Part shown: positions 29,609 through 43,149 of the stretch, one piece after another | Position numbering within the stretch: position 1 is the first letter of the stretch | Layout: every line of letters starts with the position of its first letter | NCBI RefSeq assembly: GCF_009914755.1 | Contig: NC_060927.1 | DNA: 64,000 nt | Direction: 5' to 3' (one strand) | Source of the DNA: the human T2T-CHM13v2.0 reference genome, Homo sapiens | The notes under the pieces: model-generated | What the model was told of the DNA's origin: nothing | What the model saw: only the letters and a program-made list of their open reading frames with translations | Database searches by the model: none | Translations under genes and position numbers: made by a program

Positions 29609-31184
29609 TGACTAAGAAAGGCCAGGACAGGATCAGAGGTCTAGAACATTTCCAGATCCACTGCCCCACAGACTAGGTTTAAATATCCTTCTCCAAGTAA
29701 AATAACTTTAATAGAATCATAGTATGAACACACAGACAGTTCACAAACAAGACAGTTAAGAAACCATCCTCTCCATTAGAAGATGGATATGGAGTGGAAC
29801 CATATGAAATGGAATTTAAAGAAATGCAATACCTACTTTCAGGTTAAATTCAGTTTTTCACAAGATTCAACTGAAAATGATTATTACTTTGTCTAATACC
29901 AGTTCTCACAATAAGGGAAAGGCTTTTCTGGAAACAGGCTTGGCTCATGCCCATTTCTTGGGGTTCATCCATCACATCTCCCTCAGCTGAGTGCAGAATT
30001 AGACACACAGAGCCTTTACCTTCTTGCTTATTTTAATTACTCTGTGAAGGGCCTTTTGTTTGTGTCCAGCCGCTTCTGGCAACCTGAAATCTTTCAGGAT
30101 TTCTAAGATTCATCTGGGTCTGGGATGCTGATAAGACAGGGTCTCCTTAGATAGATGGACACCCATCCAAGGGCCCCATCCAGCTTAAACTATGGAGAAC
30201 ATCAACTCTCTGGCCAAGCCCTCATTCATCCAGAGAATACAGCTTCCTTCCATCAGCCAGATTCAGGGTGGTATATGAAGTGGAATCCCTCCTCTTAGGG
30301 GACTTGGACCTGGTCTAGGCACCTTTAAGTTCAGGGAGTTTCCCTCCACCTCTGCTTCTCTCTCCTGGGGCTGACCCGAAAGTCTTGGCTGCCATAAATG
30401 AGAAACATTGTTCAGCAAACAAACCTCATTGGAGCAACAGCTTCTTTTGTAAGTTTCCATTTGGTGAACAAGTGCAGTTGAATACCTTCTGTATATTAGC
30501 ACTCAACATCTATTCCCAGTCCTTGGGATACTTAGTTTACCTCTAATAGTCTCTACTTAAACTTGGGGCCTGACAAACTTTATTAATGCTTGATCACCTG
30601 ACCTCAAGTCTTGCTCATTCCTGTTCCCCGCCATGTTAGCTGAGTATTTTGTAATGAATCTCATCTGTCTGCTGTGTATTATGCCCCACTTTGAACCTGT
30701 GTTTTGACTTGAGTGAATCCATGTCCTATTAACCAGCAAGACTCCAACTTAGCCGAAGTCCTAAGTTCTTAAGTATCTTGAGATGCTTCGCTGCTGCCCC
30801 AGGATCTGCCATTGAGCTCAGGACAAAGCAGTGCACTTGTCAAGAGAGAATTAATCTTTTTCGCATAATGCCATCCATGTGTTGGGGTCCTGTGTTTTCC
30901 CTGTGCCCAATGACAAAAGATAAAACAATGACATGGAGTTAGGACTGTGGCATAATGTCCCAATTGTCATGCCTTATTTTCATCAGGAAAGAGTCCCAGT
31001 CACTACAAGCCTTTGCCACCCTAGACGTTGCATAATTTTGATTTTGTTCACCCATTTGCTCTATATGTACACAGAATGGCTATTTTAGGCTCTTTAATGT
31101 CTGTTCTTTTAAAATAGCTTTTTAAAGAGACTCTTCTGTTTTGTGTTTATGTTTCTTAATCTCTGCACATTTAAAAACCATTGT

Positions 31185-31460
31185 ATATAATAGAGTCACA
31201 GACTTTCAGAACCCAGAGATATTAGATGCCATTAGTTCAGTCTTTTCATGACTACATAATATTGTGAGATTTATCTCTCTAGAGATATTTTTAAACTTCT
31301 GTTATAATCACAGGAAGTCAGAGCTGGAAGACAACTAAGGACTGTGCTAGGCCAGCAATGTCATTCTACAGACAAGGACCCTGAGGAGGCAAGTGACTGG
31401 ACCACACAGGCAGTGGTGGAATAGGGTCCTGAATCTCCAGACCCTCAGTCTGGGGCTCTT
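31185..31460 (-). mobile_element. MIR/MIR3 fragments
   Basis: agagtcacagactttcagaac; gtcagagctggaagacaactaagg...cattctacagacaaggaccctgagg. Confidence 0.55.
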
Positions 31461-33395
31461 TGTTCGTGTAGACAGGGCTGCTTCTCACTTCCAATTTCAC
31501 TTCCTAATTGTAACCCAAAGACAGCTAGGAGTTTGTCGTGGAATCTGTGAATGTGCTTGTTATGAAACACCAATCACTGCCAGGATTTAAGGTAACATAG
31601 AAATACCCGAAATGTCTTTTGGGCAAGAGCCATGAATCCCAATGGGAGTAGGCTGGGATAAGTAGTTATGTTAATAAAACTTTTCCACATCAAAAGTGTG
31701 AGTCAGATTCAATGTATAAATACCTTTAAGAAGTTACACGCAGAGGGAGTTTAGTTTTAGTACAAATAGATCATTTGTTTGCATCCCTTTCCGAAATAAG
31801 GGGGGTAGAAGTTATGTCTTTCAAGTTACACTGATCACTAAAAAAAGGAAAACCATCTGCAGGAGGGTCCTTTTCCTTGTGGACTGCTGTCCTGTGTGGT
31901 ATTTCTGATAAAGCTTGAGTTTCCAGTGCAGCAGAGGAGAAGAGGAGAGTGTGTCTTTTCTTCCCTTTTGTCTTAACTGCATTCAGAAAATTCCACCTCT
32001 GCCCCTTTCCCCTGCGAATGCCCCTGGTCCCAGCTCCTTCCTGAGTCCTGTTGCTCCAGGTGCAGTGGCTGTGGGTCTGGGACCTGTGGGAACCTCCTGT
32101 GATGGAGTACAGAGCACTGTTAAGGAGAAAGGAAACATCAGAGTCAGCTCTTCTTCTGCTCCTCAGGGCTCCCCTTTTCCTGCCCATCTTTCTCCTAGGA
32201 TAGACTGGTCTACGCAGAGAGGCTCACAGGTGTGCCTTGTAAACTTCAGAAATTATTCTACCCATCACACTCAGGGTTTGTTTCTGCCTGCTTTGTGTCA
32301 CCTCCACCCCACCCTCTGCTCCTGAAGCAGGGATGTTTGTGGCTGAATGAGGAGGGTGGAGTAGATGGGAGTGTGTTTACAGCCTCCTCTGGGCTTCTGC
32401 CTGGTGACTAGAAGGACCTAGATGGGAACATTGTGGAAGAGATAGCCCACTTCTCCCAGGAAGCTCCCAGTCTACTGAGGAGATGATAATTGCTTATCTG
32501 ATGGCCTCTGGTATAAAGTGATGCCTGAGCTGAGCGTTTCTTCATTACCTCTCAGATGCCAGCACCAGTCCTAGGCTAGTGCATCAGTAGAAGCCGGATC
32601 TGAGCTGAGATGGTGATTCTGTCCTCTCTGGAGAGGCCATTGTCCCCAAGAGGCATTCATGTGGTGATTTGCAAAACACTGTTGAGTTTCTCTTTGCCTG
32701 TTTGGGGATTTTTATGCAAAGGGATCTCCATTCCTAGAATTCACTGAAAGCAATCCCTGACATGCCCTCTGCAACTCATCATGTTAATGGGAAAGAAGGG
32801 CTGGAGGCCAGCCAGGGTACCCTCCTCCCCCCACCACCCGCCAAGCCATGTCAGGATGGCTATATTGATTGCAGAGTCTGACGGAAGATTACGGCAATGG
32901 ATGGGGATTCACTTGGCTTTTGCAAGGCCACTGACAGTGGAGAAATAAAGCTCTGGCTCTGGAGCCTGTCTTCTTAACTGGGCTTCCATCCAGGTCTTCC
33001 TTGCCATCCCCCTACTCCCCCTAGTCCATGATGCACACCCAACCAGATCTGGCTTCCCTGAACACCTCTTAGTCAAACTCCCCAGTTGCTTAGAACCCCT
33101 TAACGGGTCCTGTTGGCCTGGACTCAGGGCCCTATAGGATCAGGTATACATCTACAAACAATTGCCTTTACAACCTTATCACTGATAAAGCCTGCCCTCT
33201 GCAGTGAAACCCACCATCTAGTCAGATGGGGTCTTCTCATAGTCCCCTAAAAATTCCAGGCTTATTTGTACCTCTATGCCTTTCCCCAGATTTTTCCCCA
33301 TGTCTTCTGAGCTCACCTCCCTCCATCTGCTCAAATTCAGTTCCTCCTTGAGTACTTGGCTTATGCCACACCTCCCTAACCCTTGGCCCACATGG

Positions 33396-33718
33396 CTTTT
33401 TCTTTTCTTTCTTTCGTTTTTGTTTGTTTGTTTTTGAGACAGGGTCTTAGTTTGTCACTCAAGCTGGAGTGCAGTGGTGCAATCTCAGATCACCACAGCT
33501 TTGAGCTTCTGGGCTCAAGTGACCCTCCTACCTCAGCCCCCCAAGTAGCTGGGACTATAAGCATGTGCCACCACGCCTGACCCATTTTTTGTATTTTTTG
33601 TAGAGATGGGGTTTTGCCCTGTTGCCAAGGCTGGTCTTGAACTCATGAGCTCCAGTGATCCACTAGCCTTGGCCTCCCAAAGTGCTGGGATTACAGGCAT
33701 GAGCCACTGCACCTGGCT
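33396..33718 (-). mobile_element. AluJ-type
   Basis: gagacagggtctt...ctgggctcaagtgaccctcctacctcagcc (J diagnostics). Short TSD tggcttttt. Confidence 0.93.
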
Positions 33719-34176
33719 GGCTTTTTTTTTTTTTTTAAACTTTCTATCTCTTTTAAAGTTAACTGGTTACATTTTGCCTTCTCTGCTCCTCTAGCTGTGC
33801 AGTAGCCCATTTCTCTGATGCGTAATACCTGAGGGTAGGAACTGTTAGACCCTCCAGTCCAGGGCAAAATGTGAGATGAACACATGCTATTTCTTGGGTA
33901 AATGGGGAGAGATGAATGCTTGAAATAATGAACTCTCTCTGGACAATTTAGCATCATTTCCTTCTTAATCCGGTGTTCATATACCCGTTGTAAAGTGAGG
34001 ACTAGAGGTACTGATGGGTATGGGGGGAGATGGAAGCAGGATTCTCAGAAGGGTTTCCAGCATAGCAGTGATGATGAGCAGGATTGAGATGGAGCAGGTG
34101 CTAGATGAAAAAACGAAAACGAAACCCAAAGAAAATAAGAAATTGAATTTGACATACCTTGGTGAAGGAAGGTGGG

Positions 34177-34356
34177 TGTACTGAGTTGAATAAATGTCCC
34201 TTGAAAGTTCATATCTATCTGAAATCTTAGAATGTGACCTTACTTGGAAATAGGGTCTTTGCAGATATAATTAGTTAAGATGAAGTCATACTAGATTAGG
34301 GTGGACCCTAAATCCAATGACGGGTGTTCTTGTAAGAGGAACAGAGGATACACAGA
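34177..34356 (+). mobile_element. MLT1 (MLT1B-like) MaLR LTR, 5' part
   Basis: agaatgtgaccttacttggaaatagggtctttgcagatataattagttaagatgaagtcatactagattagggtgg. Confidence 0.85.
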
Positions 34357-35145
34357 AAAGCAGACCATGTCTTCCATGCCGGCCTGGATGGAGGGGCCCA
34401 TCAAGCACTCAGGGCAGCCTCAGGATGATGGGAAGCCATGGGCCAAGCCATCCCTGCAATGTGCAGGAGGGAGAAATCACATCAGATGGGATCTCTTGAA
34501 TGTTCACGTTTTTATGAAGAAGGAATCTGGTTAGAATGATCAGGAATAAAAGAGGTCTGTGCAGAGAGAAGGGTGATGGGGAGTGTACTGTGGTGCTTTT
34601 GTGAAAAGTGGATGGGATGTGGGTTTGCTTTTATGTGAGTGAAAAGAGAAGAGAAGGAAAGGAAGTGTGAAATGACCCAATTGGTTTTTTGCAATGAATG
34701 ATGTGTAAGAAAATGGTCTTTTTTTTTTCTGGGCCATCAGGCAGCTCTGACTATCTGTCAGATGGAGTCACATCAGGCAGAGGGTGGGGTAAGAGACAGC
34801 CTGGCCTTTGGAGGATTTCCTTAGGTACCACTCCAACACCTTCTTTCTCCTCCTTGGTGTCGGAGGTGGTGAGGGATAATGGGATGCACACTGGGAGCCT
34901 TCTCTGGATCCCTGCATGGTCAGTGCCCTGTCTGAGCAAGTCTGTCCCCTTCTTGGATTCTTGGTCTTCTCCCATGTACAGAAGGCTTACAAAGTTTATG
35001 TGAGCATTGAGGAAAAATATTTTGTAAACCTTAAAATGCTGTATAATATTGTATCCTGTAGTTCTCCAAGGACTGAGAAGGAAGATAGGGGGAGTCTTAA
35101 TCCTTTGGGGTTTGAGGGAGGCTCACATACTGTGTGAAAAGTAAT

Positions 35146-35300
35146 GAAGGTTTCAGTTTGAGATGATGAAGTTCTAGAGATGGCTGGTGGTGATGGTTGC
35201 ACAACAATGTGAAAATGTGAATGGACTGAATGCCACTGAACTGTACACTTAAACATGGATTAAATGGTCAATAATATATGCTATCTATTTTACCATGATA
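35146..35300 (+). mobile_element. L1MB-like 3'-end fragment
   Basis: gttctagagatggctggtggtgatggttgcacaacaatgtgaa...gccactgaactgtacacttaaa. Confidence 0.85.
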
Positions 35301-38300
35301 GAAAAGTCATACCTCCATCCCTCCCCCAAAAAAGTAATGTACATACAGGACAAAGCTGATATGTGAGTAAATTTGCCACTCCAGATATTTACAGAGCAGT
35401 TATTAACATTTTGTGGTGAATGCTTGTATTTGCAATCATTGCGAGGAATTAGGACTGGTTACCAGGACTCAACACAATATATTATTGTTAATGCTTTTGG
35501 ATGGCTCTAGAAATTCTTTTGGGAGGGAGTAAATTATGTCACAATAATGGAAACAGAAGTGAACTATAAGCTGAACTTAATAACATGATCTGAGATCGCT
35601 TCTCCCCCTCTACCCCTGCCTTCAAGGTTGTTCTCCTGCCTTAGCACTACTTTTTCTTTGTTTCTCAATTTACTCCTTATCCCAGTAGGTCAAGGTGAAA
35701 ACAGATTTGCATCTATAGTACAGAAACATGTGAATCTTCTGTGGCCTCCTGTATGTTACTAAAAATGTCTCGTGTTATTATGGACTCTGTCCTGTGGGCC
35801 AGACTTTGCTCCCAGAAAGAAGCAAGAACTATTTGCATATCTCCCAGATCATTCATTCTCCAGGCCTGTGGGCATCCACATCAAAGCCTTATAGGATCAC
35901 CCCCAATTGTCTCCTTCCTCTAGCTCCAAGGTGTTTTTGAAGATCAGAGCCATAAGTATGATTACTGCTTGAGGGTCTCTGCATTTCTGAGGAGTCTCCC
36001 ATAGGCTGAAGGCCCAGAAAGTAACTCAGAAAGGGGTTGAAAGATAGATACCTTTTGGATTGAGAAATTGTTTTACTTCATCACAAAATAAAGTACTTAC
36101 AGTTTGGGGTTTAAATACTGGGACTTGTATTGTACCTCCTCTAAATCATCCCAGAAAATGAAGCAGAGAACAATGTTCAATGTAGAACTGCCCATGGTGC
36201 CAGATGATTTTGAGTCACATACAGAGCCAGGTACAGCTCTCAAATGTTATGTCTACTTGTGTGACAGGCAGCCAGTTTCCTAAGAGGGGGTTGGGGGCAG
36301 GAAAAATTCAGTGCCTTCATTGTGGGCTGCTTCTTGTTGAATTTTGCTCCACAGGTTAGAAGACAGGTCCCAGTCTTCCTAATGAGGCATTGAAAGTCTA
36401 GGTGGAATAGATGCTTGCTGGAGCCTGTGGATATTATAAAAGAAAGAGCTCACTGCCTTAATGTGGTCAGGAGAGGCAGGAGTGAGAGCCAGTGTGAAGG
36501 TGTGGGAGTTGGAAGGAACTTGGAACTCAACTTCTTTTGGCCCCTCAACTTGAGATTCACAAAGAAAAAAAGCAATGTCTCCTCGCTGAAAGGTAAGAGT
36601 TTAAAATTTATCTGAACTCGGAATATTATAGTTTGTTTTGGCTCCAGTGGCATGTTTCCATAATGTATTTAAATCACAAATCCCTGCTCTGAGGCAAAGT
36701 CAAAACACCTGGTCTTAGTCCTGAGGTGAGGCCCTCAGAGCTGGAATAGTGCTTTGCCCTGTACAGGGGCCATTATCCGATTTATATACAATGCAGAAGA
36801 TTGTCTAGAACCTAGAGAAGCACTAACTACAGTCTTATCCTTTTCCTCCTTAGCAAAATGGAAGCTCCTCCTTGCACAGTGCAGCCCCTTCCTCACTGTA
36901 GGTTATTCCAAGTGAGAAGAGTAAACATGACTTCTAAATGCCATCTAACGATATATGCATATCTAAAGGAGACAAGGATGACTGAATGCATCTTCATGTG
37001 TAGGAAGTGAAGTGTCTGTTGACATTAAGTACTTCTTCATGAGTGAGAGGAGGCCCATGATGGAGATGACACCAGTACCTCCTTCTAGCACTCTGAATTC
37101 CCAATGTTTACTACTGCTGTCTCTGAAACTGCAGCATCCTCACCAGGACCACACAGGGAACAAAGGCAAGACACCTGAAATCCCTTTAGCCATATTCACA
37201 ACACTTACTTCATAGATAAGATGATGTTTGAAATATGAGAAGGATTTTTTTTTTAAAAGAGCACTCTATTCTCTTGGTATCCTAGTATGAGTGCCTGAAA
37301 GTGCACATTGGCTAGAAGGTTTCATGTGAGCATCAGCCCCAGGGTCCAGAAGACACTCTTGGCAAGCCTGGAGAGTGAGTATGTTGAACAGGCAATGGAA
37401 GCATCCATGAAAGGCAGGCAACTGCGCACGACTTTCCAACAGATGGCTGGTCAGTTGCACAGAGGGAAGGAGCCATGGATTCCATGATAATGACACTTGT
37501 GCCAGCTTTTGTGTTTCCAGAAGTTTTGAAGATATAAGGGAACCACCACATGTAGAGTATGTGAAGTCTTACAGAGACGAGGTCCTAAGGTATTTATTTT
37601 GACAAATCACGTTGCAAGTAATGTGAAAGCAGTTTGAAGAAAAAATGTCCCCATCTAATGCTGCATTATGGCATGCATTTCTTTAGCCTAAATCTGTCAG
37701 TGACATGAAAATACATGTTTTGCTGGACACATAATAGGTTGAACACATAATAGGTTCTAACATGGATCTGCATAAAGAAGAAAGAAGAAAGGCTATAAAG
37801 GTAGAAGAATAAATGTATAAATATTACAACAGGACACTGAGCTGAGTGGCTCTTTACCATAGACCTTGCTCATAGTTCTCACTACAGGCTTGCTCTGAGC
37901 CAACTTCCAAGTTCTCTCCTTCTCCTTCCAAACTTCCCTGTATGTCATCTTGCTCCTGGGCCACCTGACTGATGTTTAATGCCTGGATATTTGCTTTCAC
38001 CTCTGCATGACCAAGCCTTGGCCAAGTCACTGTTGACTCAGTTGCAACATCTGTCCCCTGCTGAGGGCTGTTGTAGCTTTCATAGCTCACAGTCCAGCTT
38101 GAATCTAACCTTTTCTGTGGTCATTCAGAGTAGCAAGAAGCATTGTGTTTTGGATTTACTGCAGAACTCACACACTTAACTGTACACAGTCAGTTTTTAT
38201 AGCTATCACTGCATCCAGATTGGACAGTGACCTTGGCTGAGACATCCTTTACCTCTGTTTCAGATTAATTTAGGCGGCATATAAAATCTCTGTGCACTGC

Positions 38301-39599
38301 CAGGGGAAAGTAAAGACTTCATGAAGAAATGGAGAAGAGCCGAATAGTTGACCATTGTTGCTGTATAAATCTTGGATCCAGGGCTAAAAGGTGGCAGTAT
38401 AAATGCAGATGGTGCTGCTGCCATATTTTCCTGGCACACCTTTAAGCAGCACATTTCAAGCCTTCAGGGTTGGAATGGCATTTCCAAATATAGACTCAAA
38501 AAATCCTCAGATGTTTGATTCTAGAATAGAGCTGGGAATTCTGTCCTGCAAATGCCTTCTGCAGCATGGGAGCAAACCCACTCTTCTGTGTCTGTTGCTT
38601 CAAACTCTCTATTTTCTGGAAACTGGAGAAAGATGTGGGTCTACATTTTGAAATATATGCCTTGAACAAGAATTATGCACCTATAGAAAACTTGTCATAC
38701 ATTGAATAAACTCTCAGTTTACAGAAATCTATGGAAATATCAAAATAAAACATCAGAAGGAGCAGTAACTATAGAGGTTATTAACTAAGGGGATAACCTG
38801 AAAAATAAAGTTATATTTGCTAAAAACTGTATTTGATTAGTTTGGACTTCTTTTTTCCTATCCCTTTCCTGTTTTATATTTATATTTTATTTCTTCTAAA
38901 ATTAAGTGATCTTTCACTATCTAATTAATATTGTAGAAAATGTCCAAGTCTAGACATTAGGACGGCTTTTGTTATTTAAGTCACATGCAAGAAGCAGCAT
39001 GGTTTTGTGGAGAGAGCTCTACCTTTGGAGTCTAGCTCTACCTTCGGTGCTAACCCCAGGCATCTTTGTCCCGATCATAGTACCCCTCTGGGCCTCTCCT
39101 TATATTTGTAAAATGAGGGGGGCTCTCTGCAGTATCCTTCTGGCTATAAAATCTATCAGCTCTCATTGCTGAAGGTTTCTTCTGTTCAGAGTTTCTAGGT
39201 TTCTCGTAAACTGAGGAGCCAGAGGTCAGGAGGAATGGAAACTTGTTATTCCTTTTGTAACATTGTTCAGAGTTTTAAATGAAAACACAAGTAATTAATT
39301 TGTCATCACTGCTTGAACATATTATACTTTACTGAATTATAAAATATAATCTTTAGAAAAACAAATTTGTTATGAGAAATAAATGTTGCTGCTTGTCTAA
39401 AATTTTTTAGGGCCCTTCAAATTATTGCCTACAGTACCACTTATTAGCCCTGGCTGTGCATTAGCATCTCTTAGAAAGCTTTTCAATATGCCAGTGTCTG
39501 CCCTCCCACCCTCAGATGTTTTTATCTAATTTGTCTGTTGTGGGGCCTGGGTACCAATATTTTTAAGAGACAAGATTGAGAACAAATTACGTTCAATTA

Positions 39600-40560
39600 C
39601 CAAGGCTGATGTATGCATGGTTCCCATGCATGGCTTGTACCTATCCACCTCCATAGCAACCACATGTGGTCCCCTCCAACATGTCGTCATGTTTCACACA
39701 TGTCATTTCACACTGCTCCTTCTTTGCGTCTTCTGTTGTAGCCTGGAATGCCATGCCCTAAGAGGCTTAGACTTTCTCGAGCCCCTCCCTACAGTATAGA
39801 TTTCTTTATTAGCATAGCTCCTGTACTTTGTAATGGCCTGCCTTGCACTCATTCTTCCTGTATTGTAAATATTTTATCCACCATTGTATATATTTATATT
39901 CATACATTGGATCATGTCTCTTGGGCTTAATGCCCACCCCTTCCAAGTGCTTTCGCACTGTACCTACCTCGGCCTGTAAGGCCTCACATGATCTCTTTCT
40001 CATGTGCTCTCCCTGAACCATGGCCTCTTTCTCAAACCTCTCTTCCTACCACTTCCTGCTTGTTCACTTCACTTCAGCCTTACAAGCCTCCTGACCCTCA
40101 AACATACCATGCTTGTCCTCATCTCAGGGCCTTTGCACAAGTGGCTCCTCTGCCTGGGGTGTCTTCTTCCCCCGCTCATCCTCCCATCTGCCTGCTCCCC
40201 AGCATTCAGGCCCTCCCTCAAATGCCATCTCCTCAAAGTGGCCTTTCTTAACCACCCTAGCTAGAGTAGCCTGTCCCCCACTCTACCATCCCAGCGTCAC
40301 ACCCCATCCCACTACTTCTATGTTCTTTGTGGGACTTGTATTATCTCAAGTAATATTGTTGTTTTGTACACATGATTTTTGTAAGCCTCCCATTACTGGA
40401 ATGTAAGTTTTATGAAGATAGCGACTTTGTTTAGTGGGGGCTTAACAAATATTGAACAGATGAAGGTTGTCTCCCCTATGAGATAGTGCAGTGCCTAGTG
40501 TAGTGACTGGAAAGATGGTGTTCATTAAGTGCTTCATGAGTGATGTTTCATAGATGTTTC
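39600..40560 (+). mobile_element. L2 fragments (MER5-like piece just upstream, ~39450-39585)
   Basis: ctcagggcctttgcacaagtggctcctctgcctgg, ctcaaatgccatctcctca, ctggaatgtaagttttatga. Confidence 0.7.
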
Positions 40561-40901
40561 TCCTTCAGAAGCAGGACCACCAGATAGCTCAAATAATACT
40601 CATAAAAATTATTTTTTTCACATTTTCTTAATTTCCAGCTTTAAAAAGCAGAGAAAGTAAATATGTTTTTTCTTTTTATAAGAAAATTATATTATGTCTC
40701 TCCCTAACTTAAAAATCTTTATTTCCAGGACCCACACCTATGGGGACTCCCTCTCTCCAGGAGTCCGTTCAGCATATAACAAAGGGAAAGGGATTCCTCT
40801 GGAAATCAGTTTTGCCTAGAAGCCCCAAATTTAAACTGACACCGCTGCTCTGAGCCAATGTGAGAGGAAACAGATGTTTTTTTGAACATCTAAATTTGGA
40901 G

Positions 40902-41446
<545 letters not shown>

Positions 41447-41874
41447 CTAGCTTCGCTCTTACCCTGGGATACCTAGAGGTAGAGAATAATTCAGAAAGTT
41501 GTCAGAAACACTGGGAGCAATGTTTACTTGTATGGAAGAGCACTGGACTCCCTAGAGAACACAGGATCTGTAAGGTATGACCCGAGGAGAAAGATACAGC
41601 AAACCTGTTTTCCCATCTGTGAAATAAAGGGGTTGAGCTAGATGGTTTTTAGTGGCTTCTCTGTTTCTAATCTGCTCAGTCTGTAAGAGTTTGTAAGCAT
41701 TTTGTTATTGAAGTGATCAACATTCAAACTGTAGGCAAAAGGTGTTTTTATCACGTAATTCTTTCAGCACAGATAACAGGTATTCTCTGTATAAAATTGC
41801 ATGACTCTCTTTGTGGACACTATCAAATTGAGGTAGTAAATTACCATTGCAGCAAAGTCTGGTTGGGATGCCAT

Positions 41875-42089
41875 AGAGTGTGTTCTCCCATAGAGTAGCC
41901 AATAGTCACATGTAGCTGTTAACATTAAAATTAGTTAAAATAAAATTAAAAATTCAATTTCTCAGTCATATTAGCTACATTTCAAGTGATCAAAATGCAC
42001 ACATCTTCTCTTTCCAGTACAGTTCTCAATTGGACAGAGCAGATATGTGCATTTCCATCATCACAGGAAGTTCTACTGCACAGCACTGG
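41875..42089. mobile_element. MER3-like hAT MITE
   Basis: tagtcacatgtagct...tagctacatttcaagtg...catttccatcatcacaggaagttctactgcacagcactg. Confidence 0.75.
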
Positions 42090-42469
42090 TTTGGAGTGCA
42101 CCCCTGCCCTCAGATGAGAGTTGTATAGTTAGGGAGCTGCTAAGGACCCACCCATCTCTAAGGCTGAGTGATTCTGTGACTTTGTGTTGGGAAGATCATA
42201 TTCCTGCTCTTTCTTTGCTGAAAAGGTTTTTGGTTTCCAAAAGTACTGAGGTTGGTGGAGAGGTACAAAACAACTGCAGGGAGTTCCTGTCTGCCTGAGG
42301 AGATCATCATTCACCTCAAGAATTACAGTGAGAATAAGAGAAGATGAAATGATACTGAAAAGCCGTTTAAAAAGTTGAAGAGTTATGCGTATAAAGCAAG
42401 ATGATTGTTAAGTGAATGCATTAGATATAAAGGCCACTTGCTCCTGGACCCTCCTTGACTTCCATCCCT

Positions 42470-42725
42470 CTAAGCCAATCAAAATGAAGTTGGAAGTGAT
42501 GGGGTTTGGTTGCCATTGGCAACTGATTGTCTACTTTGTCCAAGCTCTGGCAACCTGGGTTAGATAAACTATGAGAAAGTTCTCATAGAGCAAGCAATAT
42601 TGGCTTCTGCTGGTTTGAGTCATGTTTACCTTGGCTTTAAGGGAGTCCCCAGAATGCTGGTGAGAGTCATTGGGAGGGCCTGGATCAGTGGCTCAGCCAA
42701 GTTAAACTAGGGGAATCTCCCTGGG
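42470..42725. promoter_or_regulatory. Candidate enhancer: CCAAT, RFX X-box, GATA, AP-1/forkhead and two NF-kB-like sites
   Basis: AGCCAATC 42473-42480; GTTGCCATTGGCAAC 42509-42523; AGATAA ~42562; TGAGTCATGTTTAC ~42617-42630; GGGAGTCCCC 42641-42650; GGGAATCTCC 42711-42720. Motif evidence only. Confidence 0.4.
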
Positions 42726-43149
42726 GAGAGGCTCAGTGATACCACTTTCTTTCCCAAATGAAGCTCATAGAAGAGGTGACTCTACCCTCTCTGCTTATCT
42801 CTTGGTCAACTTTCCGTCTGCTTCCTCTCATGTCTTTGCATCATAGTTTTAACTCCTGTTAAATTATGTTAAATATTGTAGAAAAGGCACCAAATGTGGT
42901 AACTACAGCCACATGCCTCAGGTTTGGATTAGATCTCAATCGGCCTCTCAAGGAAGAGGACACTGGGAGTGATTTGGAAGGCATCTCCATGTGTCTTCAT
43001 TGTCAACACTACCTCCAAGCACATGGCACTATTCTGGGAGCTATAGGAACCAGTGACAAAGGCACATGATTAGACAAACACCCAAACACAGGCAAGTATA
43101 TTTAGAGTATATACTAAGAGAGCACAACTCTAAGTGTTGACTCTTGAGT

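Noticed and set aside
37727-37756. 16-bp-period duplication acacataataggtt
   Set aside because: Ordinary micro-duplication with no further structure.
38378-38420. CTCF-like motifs (AGGTGGCAGTA; similar partial matches near 12860 and 59835)
   Set aside because: Only the right half of the consensus matches. Too weak without PWM scoring or ChIP data.
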